Shown in pieces: positions 1 to 10,500 of a stretch of DNA of 29,604 nucleotides. The notes beneath the pieces were generated by a model, which saw only the letters and a list, made by a program, of their open reading frames with translations, was not told the origin of the DNA and searched no databases. Within the stretch, counting starts at the first letter, position 1. Each line of letters starts with the position of its first letter. The translations under genes and the position numbers were made by a program. The DNA is taken from NCBI GenBank assembly GCA_043813365.1, contig JBDRLB010000013.1, positions 1 through 29,604 on the forward strand. The letters are read 5' to 3'. The stretch comes from Candidatus Micrarchaeota archaeon. Its GTDB lineage: Archaea > Micrarchaeota > Micrarchaeia > Norongarragalinales > SBBD01.

Positions 1-1297
1 TTCCTGCAATGATTTCCTGCTTATTGCCCGCCTTTCCCTCAGGCGTTTCAATTCCCATTTCCGTTTGTTCCAATTCCCTGATTTTCCTTTCCAGCGCACC
101 CATTCCTTCCCCGCTCCATTTCAATTCGAATATTGTTTTCAATTTATTGCCCATCCCCCTAATTGCCATTTGCCCCAATAAGGGCTCCAGGAATCCCTCG
201 GCAATCATCCTTTTTGCGGCTTCCTCCGGGATCCCCCTTGATTTCAGGTAAAAAAGCTGCTCCCCATCAATTTGCGCAACAGATGCCGAATGCGTCGCTT
301 TCACATTATTGTTTTCAATCTGCAAAGCAGGGATCGCATCCGAGCTGGTTTCCCTCCCCATTAGCATTGAATGGCCCGCAAGGTATGAATTCGCACCTTT
401 CGCATCCTTGCCTATGTATGCCATTCCCTTGAACAGCCCCCTTGCCTTTTCCTGGTATATCCCCTTCACCACGACTTTTCCCGAGGTATTTTTACCGATG
501 TTGGAGATATTGGATGTGATGTCGAACTTCTGCTCACCGGTTCCAAAAACCACGCCAAAATCCTCCCCGGAAGATCCTTCCCCCTCCATAACCGTATCCG
601 TTGCAGAAATCGTATGCATTCCCCCGAAAAATCCGGATGCCGATGCAGAATTTGCATTCTTTCCAAGCACGATTTTCCTTTGCATGAGCGAAACTGCCCC
701 CCCGCCAAGGAGGTTGATGCCCCCATATTTGAAATCCGAGCCCCCCGCAGCGTGCACTTCCGTGCTGCTGGAAAAAACGAGCCTCTCCCCTCCGCCATAA
801 TTCTCCTCCATGAGCGCCAACGATGAGTTCTCCCCCAAAATCACGATGTTCTTATGCGCAACGAACGAGCCCGTTCCCGCAAATTCATTTTTCAGCACAA
901 TTGGCGATTTCACCTGCGTATTTTTTGGGGTTAAGATGAAGTAGCCTGTTGAGAATGCAGCCGAATTCAGGCAGCCTATCTTATTCTCCGGCATTTTGGA
1001 AATCATCCCATGAAGCAGCTCTGGCCTCGACCTTATTGCCGAATGGATATCCGTGAAGATTATTTTTTCATCCGTAATTCCTAGCTGGAGGCGTTTTGGA
1101 GCATCCAAACGGAGGCTGTTCCAATCAAGCGCATTCCCGCTCGAATATTTCCTGTAAAGCGGGGAGTTTTCAAAAGGCAGGGATGCGGATCTTTCCAGCG
1201 ATTTCTTCCTTAAGGCAAGAACCCATCGGGGCTCGTTCAGGCTGGCTGAGAGTGCTTCCACCGCCTTTTCCGATATTTTTCCGGCGCTTGTTCCCAT
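1..1297 (-). CDS. sufD: Fe-S cluster assembly protein SufD (runs off the left edge; no stop codon in the window)
   Basis: Not in the ORF track; translated by hand from ATG at 1297 (MGTSAGKISEKAVEALSASLNEPRWVLALRKKS...). The frame is open to the window edge and contains the SufBD motifs DAIPALQIENNNVKATHSASVAQIDGEQLFYLKSRGIPEEAAKRMIAEGFL. It starts 6 nt after the sufB stop. Confidence 0.92.
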   Translation of the reverse strand, partial: MGTSAGKISEKAVEALSASLNEPRWVLALRKKSLERSASLPFENSPLYRKYSSGNALDWNSLRLDAPKRLQLGITDEKIIFTDIHSAIRSRPELLHGMISKMPENKIGCLNSAAFSTGYFILTPKNTQVKSPIVLKNEFAGTGSFVAHKNIVILGENSSLALMEENYGGGERLVFSSSTEVHAAGGSDFKYGGINLLGGGAVSLMQRKIVLGKNANSASASGFFGGMHTISATDTVMEGEGSSGEDFGVVFGTGEQKFDITSNISNIGKNTSGKVVVKGIYQEKARGLFKGMAYIGKDAKGANSYLAGHSMLMGRETSSDAIPALQIENNNVKATHSASVAQIDGEQLFYLKSRGIPEEAAKRMIAEGFLEPLLGQMAIRGMGNKLKTIFELKWSGEGMGALERKIRELEQTEMGIETPEGKAGNKQEIIAG

Positions 1298-1303
1298 TTA
1301 TTT

Positions 1304-2767
1304 TCATCCCACCGAGCCCGCCATCTCCAGCTGTATAAGCCTGTTGAACTCCACCGCATATTCCATAGGCAATTCCTTTGTGAATATCTCGAGGAATCCA
1401 TTCACGATCATTCCCAGCGCCTGCTGCTCCGAAAGCCCGCGGCTCATCAAATAATATACGAGATCCTCCCCTATTTTTCCCACGGTTGCTTCATGCATGA
1501 CGGTTGCGCTCTCATTCCGTATTTCATTGTATGGAATCGTATCCGTTTTTGAAAGCTCATCCACCAGCAATGCATCGCATCTCACGGTGCTTTTCGCATT
1601 TCCCGCCTGCTTCCCGATGCTCAGCAGCCCGCGGTAAACGCATTTCCCACCATCCTTGCTTACTGATTTGGAGATGATTTTGCTCGCCGTATCCGGTGCA
1701 AGATGGACCGCCTTTCCGCCCGTATCCTGGCATTGCCCTTTTCCGGCATACGCTACCGAAAGTATGTCCGCACGCGCATTCCTTCCCAGCAAATATATGC
1801 TCGGGTATTTCATCGTCACCCTGCTGCCGATGTTCGCGTCCAGCCACTCCACGTACGCATTCTCATAAGCGAACGCCCTCTTTGTCACGATGTTGTAAAC
1901 ATTGTCCGACCAATTCTGCAAAGTTGTGTAGCGCACCTTCGCATCCTTCAGCGCCACGATCTCCACTACTGCCGTATGCAATGAATGCCTCTCGCCCCTA
2001 TATTGCGGCGCGCTGCAGCCCTCGATGTAATGCACCCTGCTTCCCTCATCCGCAATTATCAGCGTGCGCTCGAACTGCCCCATATTTTCCTTATTGATTC
2101 TGAAATATGCCTGCAGAGGCAGATCCACCTGCACGTTCGGGGGAATATAGATGAAACTCCCGCCTGAAAACACCGCGCTGTTCAGTGCAGCAAACTTGTT
2201 ATCCTCCTTCGGGACAACCTTCGAGAACCACTTCCTGAACTGCGCGTGCGCAGCAGAGAATTTTTCCTTTTCCAGCCCCAGCTTTTCAATTTTTTCATCA
2301 GTTGGGTTCAATGCTGTATCCGGATCGACGAAAACCACTCCCAGCTCGTGCAATCTTTTCTGCAGGGAATGGTATACATTCTCACTCTCATATTGCGCCC
2401 CAACCCCGGCAAGGAATTTCCTCTCCGCTTCCGGGATGCCTAATTTCTCAAAAGTATTTTTTATTTCAACGGGCACGTCATCCCATTTGTTCATCTGCGA
2501 ATCAGTAGGCTTGACGTAATATGCGATGCTACCGAAATCAATCGCGGAAAGGCCCGGCCCCCAATCCGGGAGCGGCTTTGCAAGGAAATGCGAATACGCC
2601 TCCTGCCTGAATTCGCGCAGCCACACAGGCTCCCCCTTCACATCTGAAATATCCTCCAGGGTTTTTTTGCTAAGGCCCGTTTCTGTCTCGTAAACCGATT
2701 TATGGGTTGTCCGAAACCCGTATTTCCTGCCGAACTCTTCACGCATATCCATTTTCGAAGCGCTCAT
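1304..2767 (-). CDS. sufB: Fe-S cluster assembly scaffold SufB
   Basis: Motifs [53 protein letters not shown] and HEATVGKI. Start moved to ATG 2767 (MSASKMD...), which overlaps the sufC stop as ATGA. Confidence 0.97.
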   Translation of the reverse strand: MSASKMDMREEFGRKYGFRTTHKSVYETETGLSKKTLEDISDVKGEPVWLREFRQEAYSHFLAKPLPDWGPGLSAIDFGSIAYYVKPTDSQMNKWDDVPVEIKNTFEKLGIPEAERKFLAGVGAQYESENVYHSLQKRLHELGVVFVDPDTALNPTDEKIEKLGLEKEKFSAAHAQFRKWFSKVVPKEDNKFAALNSAVFSGGSFIYIPPNVQVDLPLQAYFRINKENMGQFERTLIIADEGSRVHYIEGCSAPQYRGERHSLHTAVVEIVALKDAKVRYTTLQNWSDNVYNIVTKRAFAYENAYVEWLDANIGSRVTMKYPSIYLLGRNARADILSVAYAGKGQCQDTGGKAVHLAPDTASKIISKSVSKDGGKCVYRGLLSIGKQAGNAKSTVRCDALLVDELSKTDTIPYNEIRNESATVMHEATVGKIGEDLVYYLMSRGLSEQQALGMIVNGFLEIFTKELPMEYAVEFNRLIQLEMAGSVG

Positions 2768-3513
2768 TCGTGGCCACCCTTTACGAGCCGTTCGTACCCC
2801 TCCTTCTCGAGCTCTTCCGCAAGCGCATGCCCGCCGGATTTCACTATCTCGCCTGCAACCATCACGTGCACGCAATCCGGCTTGATGTATTGAAGAATCC
2901 GTTGGTAATGCGTAACAAGGAGTATTCCCATCCCTTCCTTCGCAGCAGCATTAACCCCCTCGGACACAATTCTGAGCGCATCAATGTCCAGCCCCGAATC
3001 CGTCTCATCCAGCAAAGCGAATTTCGGCCTCAGCACGGAAAGCTGTAAAATTTCCGACCGCTTCTTCTCCCCGCCTGAAAACCCCTCGTTGAGGTAGCGG
3101 CTTGCGAACGCGGGATCCATTTTCAGCGACTTCATCTTTTCCTGCAATGCCTTATGGAATTCCATTACGCCCATCTTTTCCTCCGGATGCACCGAATTGT
3201 ATGCGGACCGGAGGAAATACCCCAAACTTACGCCTGGAATTTCCGCCGGGTATTGAAATGCCAGGAATATTCCCTTCGCTGCGCGTTTGTCCGCCTCCAA
3301 ATTCAATATGCTCTTTCCATCCAGCAAAATATCTCCCGAGGTAATTTTGTATTTCGGGCTTCCCATTATCGCATTGCTCAAGGTGCTCTTGCCGCTTCCA
3401 TTGGGGCCCATTATTGCATGCACTTCTCCCCGATTGACAACAAGATTTATCCCTTTCAGTATGCGCCTTCCCTCCACTTCCACCTGCAGTTCCCTAATCT
3501 CCAATTTATGCAT
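2764..3513 (-). CDS. sufC: Fe-S cluster assembly ATPase SufC
   Basis: Walker [41 protein letters not shown] and [16 protein letters not shown] lies upstream. Confidence 0.97.
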   Translation of the reverse strand: MHKLEIRELQVEVEGRRILKGINLVVNRGEVHAIMGPNGSGKSTLSNAIMGSPKYKITSGDILLDGKSILNLEADKRAAKGIFLAFQYPAEIPGVSLGYFLRSAYNSVHPEEKMGVMEFHKALQEKMKSLKMDPAFASRYLNEGFSGGEKKRSEILQLSVLRPKFALLDETDSGLDIDALRIVSEGVNAAAKEGMGILLVTHYQRILQYIKPDCVHVMVAGEIVKSGGHALAEELEKEGYERLVKGGHE

Positions 3514-3530
3514 CAGAATAACCTCCCTCC

Positions 3531-3830
3531 CTAATTATGCCCGGCATGGATTTTCCAGCATTCCATCAAATGCAATGCGGACCCTCCCAGCGTGTATTCG
3601 ACATCCGCCTTCTTTCCTCTAGCGGATTTCCTTTTAATGATCCCTGATTTCTCAAGCTCCTTCAGCCGCTTGCTCAAAACGGCCGCTGTAACGCCCTTCA
3701 TCGAACGCTTGAGCTCGTTGAAATGCGTTTTCCCGCCATACACTTCCCTCACGATTTTAAGCGCCCACTTCTTCTCGAAAATATCCGCCATCCCCATAAT
3801 CGCGCAGCGTTCCACATCACAGCCTTTCAT
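3531..3830 (-). CDS. HxlR/DUF24 (MarR-like winged helix) transcriptional regulator, first gene of the suf operon
   Basis: [11 protein letters not shown]...[11 protein letters not shown]...[28 protein letters not shown]...VEYTL matches the HxlR pattern. ATG 3830 is preceded by a GGAGGGG SD, and the stop is 17 nt before sufC. Confidence 0.88.
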   Translation of the reverse strand: MKGCDVERCAIMGMADIFEKKWALKIVREVYGGKTHFNELKRSMKGVTAAVLSKRLKELEKSGIIKRKSARGKKADVEYTLGGSALHLMECWKIHAGHN

Positions 3831-3938
3831 ATTAATCCCCCTCCATAAATAGTGGTATTTTAAACATACTGGTTTATAATGGCTACCTGAGAGAATATTG
3901 CGTGCACTATTTTTTTTGTAATCTAATTGGGCGATGAT

Positions 3939-4526
3939 ATGTCTTATGCTGCAAAGAACTTTGATTCCCTCCTCGGAACCGAGGGGTTCAGCGACAATGC
4001 CTTGAAGACGCACTTCGCGCTCTACCAGGGATACGTGAGCAACACGAACAAGCTCATTGATTCGCTGATGCAATTGATGAAGGATGGGAAAACCGCAACT
4101 CCGGAATACGCGGAACTAAAGAGGCGTTTTGGCTGGGAGTTCAACGGGATGCGGCTCCACGAATATTACTTCGGTGCAATGAAGAAGGGCGGCGCCCCTC
4201 TTGACAAAACTTCCCCCCTTTTCAAGAAGATTATTTCCGATTTCGGCTCATATGAGAATTGGGAGGCGGATTTCCGTGCAACCGCAGCTTCAAGGGGCAT
4301 CGGCTGGATTATCCTGTATTATGATTCGCAGGAAAAGCGCCTGCTGAATGTTTGGGTGAACGAGCACGATGTGGGCCATCTTGCGGGCGCATCTGTAATT
4401 CTCAACATCGATGTTTTCGAGCACGCTTTCATGCTTGACTACGGGACTAAAAAGGCGGATTACATTGCAGCTTTCATGAAGGCAATTGATTGGCAAGCAG
4501 TGCAGAAGCGTTTCGAGTCTGTCTGA
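3939..4526 (+). CDS. sod: Fe/Mn superoxide dismutase (ChrC-like subtype)
   Basis: Metal ligands KTH..LYQGYV, RLHEYYF and DVFEHAF, plus G.GWIIL. Likely start is ATG 3939 (MSYAAK). Confidence 0.93.
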   Translation: MSYAAKNFDSLLGTEGFSDNALKTHFALYQGYVSNTNKLIDSLMQLMKDGKTATPEYAELKRRFGWEFNGMRLHEYYFGAMKKGGAPLDKTSPLFKKIISDFGSYENWEADFRATAASRGIGWIILYYDSQEKRLLNVWVNEHDVGHLAGASVILNIDVFEHAFMLDYGTKKADYIAAFMKAIDWQAVQKRFESV

Positions 4527-4527
4527 T

Positions 4528-4965
4528 TCAGCCGATGTGCCGTTTTATCGCATCCAGCATGAGCAGCTTGATTTTTTCATTTCCTTCCCGGCCCGGCTGT
4601 GAAAATTCCGACCTCCCCAGCACTTCGCTCATGAAGCCCAGCAAACTTCCCATTCTCTCCTTTCCAACTGGAATCGGTTCCTTGTTATTCGGGATTTCCA
4701 AACCCCTTACGCCCGATTTCCCCCCAAAACCCAAAAATACTTCGTTTACCGGCTTGCCAGCCTGCAGTATCGTGACTCCCAAGGCAAATTTATGCGGCTG
4801 AAATGCATGCATTCCCGTTTCATAGAATTTCACCAACAGCCGGGAGCCAGCAAGCTCTGGATGCTCTATTTCCGCTTGCCAAAAATGGCCTAATTCAGTG
4901 TCCTTCCTGAGGAAAAATCTGATATTCCTGGGCAATCTCTCGCTTCCTCCCCACTCGTCAGCCAC
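4528..4965 (-). CDS. Hypothetical protein (145 aa)
   Basis: The ORF fills the gap between the sod stop and bcp. It has a GTG start preceded by a GAGTGA SD-like motif. No family recognised. Confidence 0.65.
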   Translation of the reverse strand: MADEWGGSERLPRNIRFFLRKDTELGHFWQAEIEHPELAGSRLLVKFYETGMHAFQPHKFALGVTILQAGKPVNEVFLGFGGKSGVRGLEIPNNKEPIPVGKERMGSLLGFMSEVLGRSEFSQPGREGNEKIKLLMLDAIKRHIG

Positions 4966-4991
4966 AATTCATCACTCGCACGTTGCTATTT

Positions 4992-5483
4992 TTATCGCTT
5001 TTTCCCTTGCTTCTGCATGGGCTTCATCATGCTGACAGCGCTCAGCATCCCCTTCGCATGCCCCAGCGGGTTCACGTTCAGGAATGCGGCTGCAACCATC
5101 CCCTTCTCATCTATGACGAAGGTGCTTCTCCCGATCCCCATGAACTTCTTACCCAAAAATTTCTTCTCCTTCCAAACCCCGAACTTTTTGCTCACTTTCC
5201 CCCCAACATCCGAAAGAAGGGGAAAATTTAAGCGGTACCGCTGGGCAAATTTCCTGTGAGATTCGACGGAATCAGCACTGACCCCCAGCACAACCGCGCC
5301 CTTCTCCCTGAAGCCGAACATATTATCCCGGAAAGAACATCCCTCTATTGTGCATCCCGGAGTGCCGTCCTTCGGGTAGAAATAAAGCACCACCCTGCTG
5401 CCCCTCATTTTTTTCAGCGAATAAGTTTTCCCGTCCTGCGCCTTCAAGGAAAAATCAGGCGCCTGCACCCCATTCTTGATCAT
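4992..5483 (-). CDS. bcp: Peroxiredoxin, BCP/PrxQ family
   Basis: APDFSL, VVLYFYPKDGTPGCTIEGC (CxxxxC), SHRKFA...LNFPLLSD and RSTFVID. Start ATG 5483. Confidence 0.95.
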   Translation of the reverse strand: MIKNGVQAPDFSLKAQDGKTYSLKKMRGSRVVLYFYPKDGTPGCTIEGCSFRDNMFGFREKGAVVLGVSADSVESHRKFAQRYRLNFPLLSDVGGKVSKKFGVWKEKKFLGKKFMGIGRSTFVIDEKGMVAAAFLNVNPLGHAKGMLSAVSMMKPMQKQGKKR

Positions 5484-5579
5484 GTGACCACCCAAACCGC
5501 AATAATAAATAATCCGACGAGGATAATCCTACCTATGCGTTCAACGTTTATATAAGGTTGTCTTCAACGGGTGATTGCA

Positions 5580-5999
5580 ATGGACGAATGCCTTTTCTGC
5601 AAAATCGTGAGCGGCGAAATACCCTCCTCGAAAGTCTATGAGGATAAGAACCACATTGCTTTCCTTGACATCTATCCCGCAAAGAAAGGGCACACGCTCG
5701 TGATCCCAAAGAAGCACCATGCGCACTTCTCACAAATCAATGCCCAGGAAATTGGTGAGTTCATCGGGGCCGTGCAGAAAGTAGCAGCAGGAGTGAAGAA
5801 GGCGCTCAAGGCGGATGGCATGAATGTTTTCCTGAATGAGGGCAAAGCAGCTGGGCAGATAATCTTCCATGCGCACTTCCACATCATTCCCCGCTATGAA
5901 AACGACGGCCTGATGTTCAAATTCGGCAGGGATTCCTACGATGAAGGCGAACAGGGGCAATTCGTGGAAAAAATCTCATCCGCAATTACTGGACCATGA
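5580..5999 (+). CDS. HIT family (Hint-like) nucleotide hydrolase
   Basis: CLFCKIVSGEIPS, AFLDIYP...GHTLVIPKKH and the histidine triad AGQIIFHAHFHIIPR. Confidence 0.95.
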   Translation: MDECLFCKIVSGEIPSSKVYEDKNHIAFLDIYPAKKGHTLVIPKKHHAHFSQINAQEIGEFIGAVQKVAAGVKKALKADGMNVFLNEGKAAGQIIFHAHFHIIPRYENDGLMFKFGRDSYDEGEQGQFVEKISSAITGP

Positions 6000-7482
6000 A
6001 AAGGTTGGCGCCCACCTGCGCAACCAATGCAGCCGCATCAAAATCCTCTTCCACATAAAGGAAATTCCCGATAATTACTTTGCACAGCTCGAGATATTCC
6101 GTTTCCCCAGTTGCTCCGTAAGCGGCGAGCAGCGCCCAGCATGCGACCGCATTTTCGAGCTGTAATATTTTTTCACTCCTAAGCTCTCCCTTCCTGTACA
6201 TGTTTTCCGATTTGCTGTTCCTTTCAATGAACGCCTTCTTTTCAGCCGAATAGAAATTATCCGCCATGTATTCCATAATACGCTTCCCCGCAGCAAGGTG
6301 CTCCTCCTGCTTCCCAACCCTGTACGCTTCAAAAAAGGCAACAGCTGCCCATGCGTTGTCCATCAGCAGGCCATCAATCCCCGCGTTTTTCCCCTCTTCA
6401 TAATAATGCAGGATGCCGTTTTCCCCAAGCATTCTTCCCTTCACGAACCCCAGCACGGAATCCGCAATTTCCCAGTACTCGAGTTTCGAGTAGATGCGGT
6501 GTGCATGCAGGAATGAAATGGCGGCTTCGCAATTCCAATCGCAATAAACCGACTTGTCAATGAAAGGCTGCTTGAGGGTTTTCCTTTCCTCCCCTGCCCT
6601 GCGGTAATAATTCTCGTCCCCCGATTCCGATCCGTAAAAAGCACCCGTTTTCTTGTCGCGCAGGCGTTCCTGCATCCATTCCAAATTCCCTTCCCCCATT
6701 TTCAGCATCTCCTTATCATCGAATATTTTCCCTGCCTTTGAATAAATGTCCGCAATTGCGGCATTTTCCCTGAGATTTTTTTTGAAATACGGTGATCCCC
6801 AATCGCGTGCAATTGAATATTCGAAGAACCCGCCTTCCCCCGCATCCATCAGCCTTTCCAGCCCTCCAAGGCTCTTCTTCACTACCCCCTTCCAAAGCGC
6901 CTTTTCCTTCCTTCCATATTGCACCGCAAGGTAATCAAGCAAATACGTATTGGGGAATTTCCTCCCCTTCCCGAAGCCGCCGTAAAGCTCATCGAAAAGG
7001 AATGCCAGCTGCCCCTCGAGATCCCGTGCAAATTCTTCGTATTTTTCACTGTTAAAAACGCCCTGCCTTCTCTCATCAATTTCCGCTGCAATGATCCTTT
7101 TCGGCTCGATTTTCCCCCCTGCTGCTGCAGCCAGCAGCTCCATAAGCCCCGCCTTCGCAAGATGGCCGCTGAACCTCTCAAGTTCATTTCCCTTGAAATC
7201 GAACAGCACCGTTGCAGGCAGCCCTTCCGCAAAGCAGGTGCGCTTCAAATCCCGCCTCTTATCCGCATCAATGAAAACCGGAATGAAATGGCCATTGATG
7301 CTTTTAGCAACTTCCTCATCCTCCAGCGTTTCTGCAGCATACATCCTACACCAGCGGTCGCCCTCCGAATAGCACAGCAAAAAAACCGGCCTGAGCTCCT
7401 GTTTCGCCTGCACGAATGCCTCTTCCGAATATTCGCGCCATTTTATTTTAGGTCCTTCGAGGTATGGCATTGTCATCATCAT
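5986..7482 (-). CDS. YyaL/SPATA20-like protein: DUF255 thioredoxin-like N-domain plus alpha/alpha six-hairpin barrel
   Basis: IKWREYSEEAF..AK...RPVFL, EVAKSINGHFIPVFID.D.R.DL, FDELYGGFG..RKFP, GGFFEYS...DW..PYFKK.L..NA, GAFYGS and P.IDKSVYCDWN. The start is ambiguous among ATGs at 7482, 7479, 7476 and 7470. The 3' end overlaps the HIT gene convergently by 14 nt. Confidence 0.85.
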   Translation of the reverse strand: MMMTMPYLEGPKIKWREYSEEAFVQAKQELRPVFLLCYSEGDRWCRMYAAETLEDEEVAKSINGHFIPVFIDADKRRDLKRTCFAEGLPATVLFDFKGNELERFSGHLAKAGLMELLAAAAGGKIEPKRIIAAEIDERRQGVFNSEKYEEFARDLEGQLAFLFDELYGGFGKGRKFPNTYLLDYLAVQYGRKEKALWKGVVKKSLGGLERLMDAGEGGFFEYSIARDWGSPYFKKNLRENAAIADIYSKAGKIFDDKEMLKMGEGNLEWMQERLRDKKTGAFYGSESGDENYYRRAGEERKTLKQPFIDKSVYCDWNCEAAISFLHAHRIYSKLEYWEIADSVLGFVKGRMLGENGILHYYEEGKNAGIDGLLMDNAWAAVAFFEAYRVGKQEEHLAAGKRIMEYMADNFYSAEKKAFIERNSKSENMYRKGELRSEKILQLENAVACWALLAAYGATGETEYLELCKVIIGNFLYVEEDFDAAALVAQVGANLFMVQ

Positions 7483-7550
7483 AATTTTAAAAGCCAATTT
7501 AAATAAGCGATGTTTTTTTGCAGCTATGGGCCAAAGCAATCGAAAATTCG

Positions 7551-10500
7551 TTAGCTTCCAACATGAACGGTGTAATTGCACAATCCCCAATTTTGGGCAG
7601 AATTATTGTCATAAGTTTGGACGTTCCAAATGTAGCCCGCTCCGTTTCCTGTAATTCCTCCAACTGAAAAATTGGCAAAATAGGTTTTGCTTCTCTGGTA
7701 AAAACTTAGCATTTCCGTGGAGTTCAAACTTCTATTGAATACCATCGCTTCGTCCAGCGTTCCATTGAAATAGTTTGATGCATCCCTGTAACCGATGTTG
7801 AGGGTATCCGGTCTATTTGATACTATTGTTCCTGAAAATGATGTTGATCTGCAAACTTCCTCTCCATCAATATACCCTATCAAGTTTATCCTATCTTGGA
7901 ATGTCATTGCATAATTATGCCAGACACTATCGTTGACATTATACGCCTTTGTGCAGAACACATAGTTACTGGAACCCGTATTCCAAATAGTGAATGCTAT
8001 TAGCGTGTTGCGGTCATTTTCGATTGCCCATTCATAGGTCATTTTGCTCATCATGTAGCCTCCTGGTCCTCCTTCACCTCCAGTCCCAAAATTTACCTCT
8101 TTTGGCTTTACCCTCGCCCATATGCTCATGGTCATATTTCTTTGGACTACTGGCGACCAGAGGTCATTGTCAGCTACTTGTATGTAGTCTCCATTTCCAT
8201 CGAAATAGTAGCCTCCCCCAAATATTCCATCGCTCATTGCCGGCGTTGCGCCTCCCTGCGGTAAGCCGAAGTGATTCTTTCCTGAAAAATCATAGACGTA
8301 AGCGTTGTTTTCACCATAGTTGAGATCGTTGTTCATTCTGAAATAAAGATTATTGCCACTCATATTCAGGAAATTGTTTTCGTCGATTGTTTGGTTTTCA
8401 GGCGCTTCGGGATATAGCGTTTTGCTTAATGTAAAGGTTCCTGAGACATCTGTCCAAAGCGACATATTCTTAATGAAAGCATCTGAAATTGAACCATTGT
8501 AAACCGTTGCTGTAAAATTAATGGTTGTTGGCTGGCTGGTTGCTCCGTTTTGCGGGCTTGTAAGCGTTACCGCCAATAAGCCCGGCCCGCCGTATGGAGG
8601 CGCCGGACAGGATGCAACAGCGGCACCGAAAGTCAGGCTTCCGCTTTGCTCGCTTTTCCCAAGTCCAGAGAAGTTCCCATCGCAGTAAACGGCGTATCCG
8701 TAGGTTCCGGCGGGCATTCCAGCTGCATTGCGGTACGCCCATTTCCTCTCATTCCTATCCCAATCCATTGCAACCAGCGGGTTTCCGTTGATAGATATTT
8801 TGCAAGGCTGGTATTCGAAAACATAAAGGTTGCCCGCGTTGAAGCCATAGCCTGTGAGGTCGGTCCCATCCCCCCAGCCGATCAATGTGCTGTTGTCGCT
8901 CGAATTTACCGATATGTCCATGCCCGGGGACTTCCCGCTTTTCAGTGCAGTAGAACCCGCAGGAGTTCCTACTGAATAACTGCCATTGTACCATATGGGA
9001 ACGCCTCCAGAACCGTTCAGAATGGTCACGACCCCGCCATTCCCGACATAGACCACTTCCGACAGCCCATCCCCATCCAAATCTGCCACTCTCATGTTAT
9101 TAGACGTGCCGGAGCCGCCGCTGCTCTTGTTCCACCTTAATGTGGAGTGTGCGTATTGCCAAAGGCTGGTCATCGCACCGAATTGATCTATTGTCCTTGC
9201 GCGTATGGAATAATCCCCTCCTGATGCAACAAACACTATTTCGTTGTTAATCCCGTCGCCATTAAGGTCGCCGCTCGCAATCTCATTCAATAGCCCTTCG
9301 GGAATAACAGTCGTGCTGATGATCCCGCTCTTATTTACCAGCCATAACAAGGAACCAGAGGTGCCGACGGTAAGCATCGCCCACGTGTCATAGCAGCCGT
9401 CCCCGCTAGCATCCAAATGGGTTATTGCCCTCGGTTCACCCATGCCCGTCATATTATGGCGGTAAAGCAGCGTGCCGTTGGTGGCATTGTAAACCGCTAT
9501 TCCGACATTCGATATCCATGGTCCGCCGTCCCCAAACGGGATTGCGACCTGCGCCGTTCCCTCGCAATCCATTTTCGCCACATCAAACTCGTAAATGTTC
9601 CCATTGTACGAAATGTTTCCTGAAAAGTTTTGTACGGACCAGAGCCGTGTAGGCGTTGCAGCCCCGCTAGCCTTGTAAGCAGTGAAATTATTCGAGCACA
9701 ATACTCCTGAATCCTCCTTGCCATCCCCGTCAAAATCACCGGCCAATATGTTTCTGCAGCCCGAGTATTGATTGTTGAGCCCCCATGCGACAGCTCCCGT
9801 AGTTTCCATCTGCCTTACATGAGGCGAACTCACCATTCCTTGGATATATTCGTGGCGATTGTCGTTATCCACATCCACAAGCGCCACTGCTGCAGGATCG
9901 GCTAGCAAGGATATGGCCGTATTTGAAAGCGCATCCGCACTCAGCGCCAAAGTGTATGCGCCTGCAGGCCCTGTGGAGTAGATGTCGTTCCTGTTCGCAT
10001 CATTGTAAAGCTGCCCGAACCTGAAACCATATCTTCTCATATTCGTTGGGTAGAAAAGCACGCGTTTCCCCCCGAAAATGGCGGAGTTATCCGCGCAGTT
10101 CGTGAATTTCGCATAGACGCTGAAAGGCTGGTTTGCGACCAATGTGGAATTTGTAACGCGCACCTCCTGCACCCCGACGCAAGGCGGTTCGGGATTATCT
10201 GTGACCGTAACTTGGCAGTTTGCGCCTCCCGCATCCGCCGATGCTGCATACGCCGTAATTATGCCCACTTCCGGATAAACACAATCCCTGCTTGCAATAT
10301 CGCCAACTATGCTTACCGACTCTCCGGAATCCGAAGCAGTGCATTTGATGGCTGCAGTTGTCGTGCCTGGAAGGAGGTTGGAAAATGTCGCCGTAATGGT
10401 GCTAGTAAACTGGCCGGTTCCCTCGTCAGGGGCTGCGCTTATCGCGCATGTTGGCGTAGGCGGCATGCATAGCGCTTCGCACTCATACTCATCGCAATCA

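Noticed and set aside
2000..2040. Possible intein in SufB at the YxEG|C site used by mycobacterial SufB inteins
   Set aside because: The sequence reads [10 protein letters not shown] uninterrupted and the protein length (487 aa) is normal.
2768..4073. Extended starts given by the ORF track for sufB (2875) and the HxlR gene (4073)
   Set aside because: They overlap sufC and sod respectively. The shorter starts have an ATGA coupling or an SD and match family N-termini.
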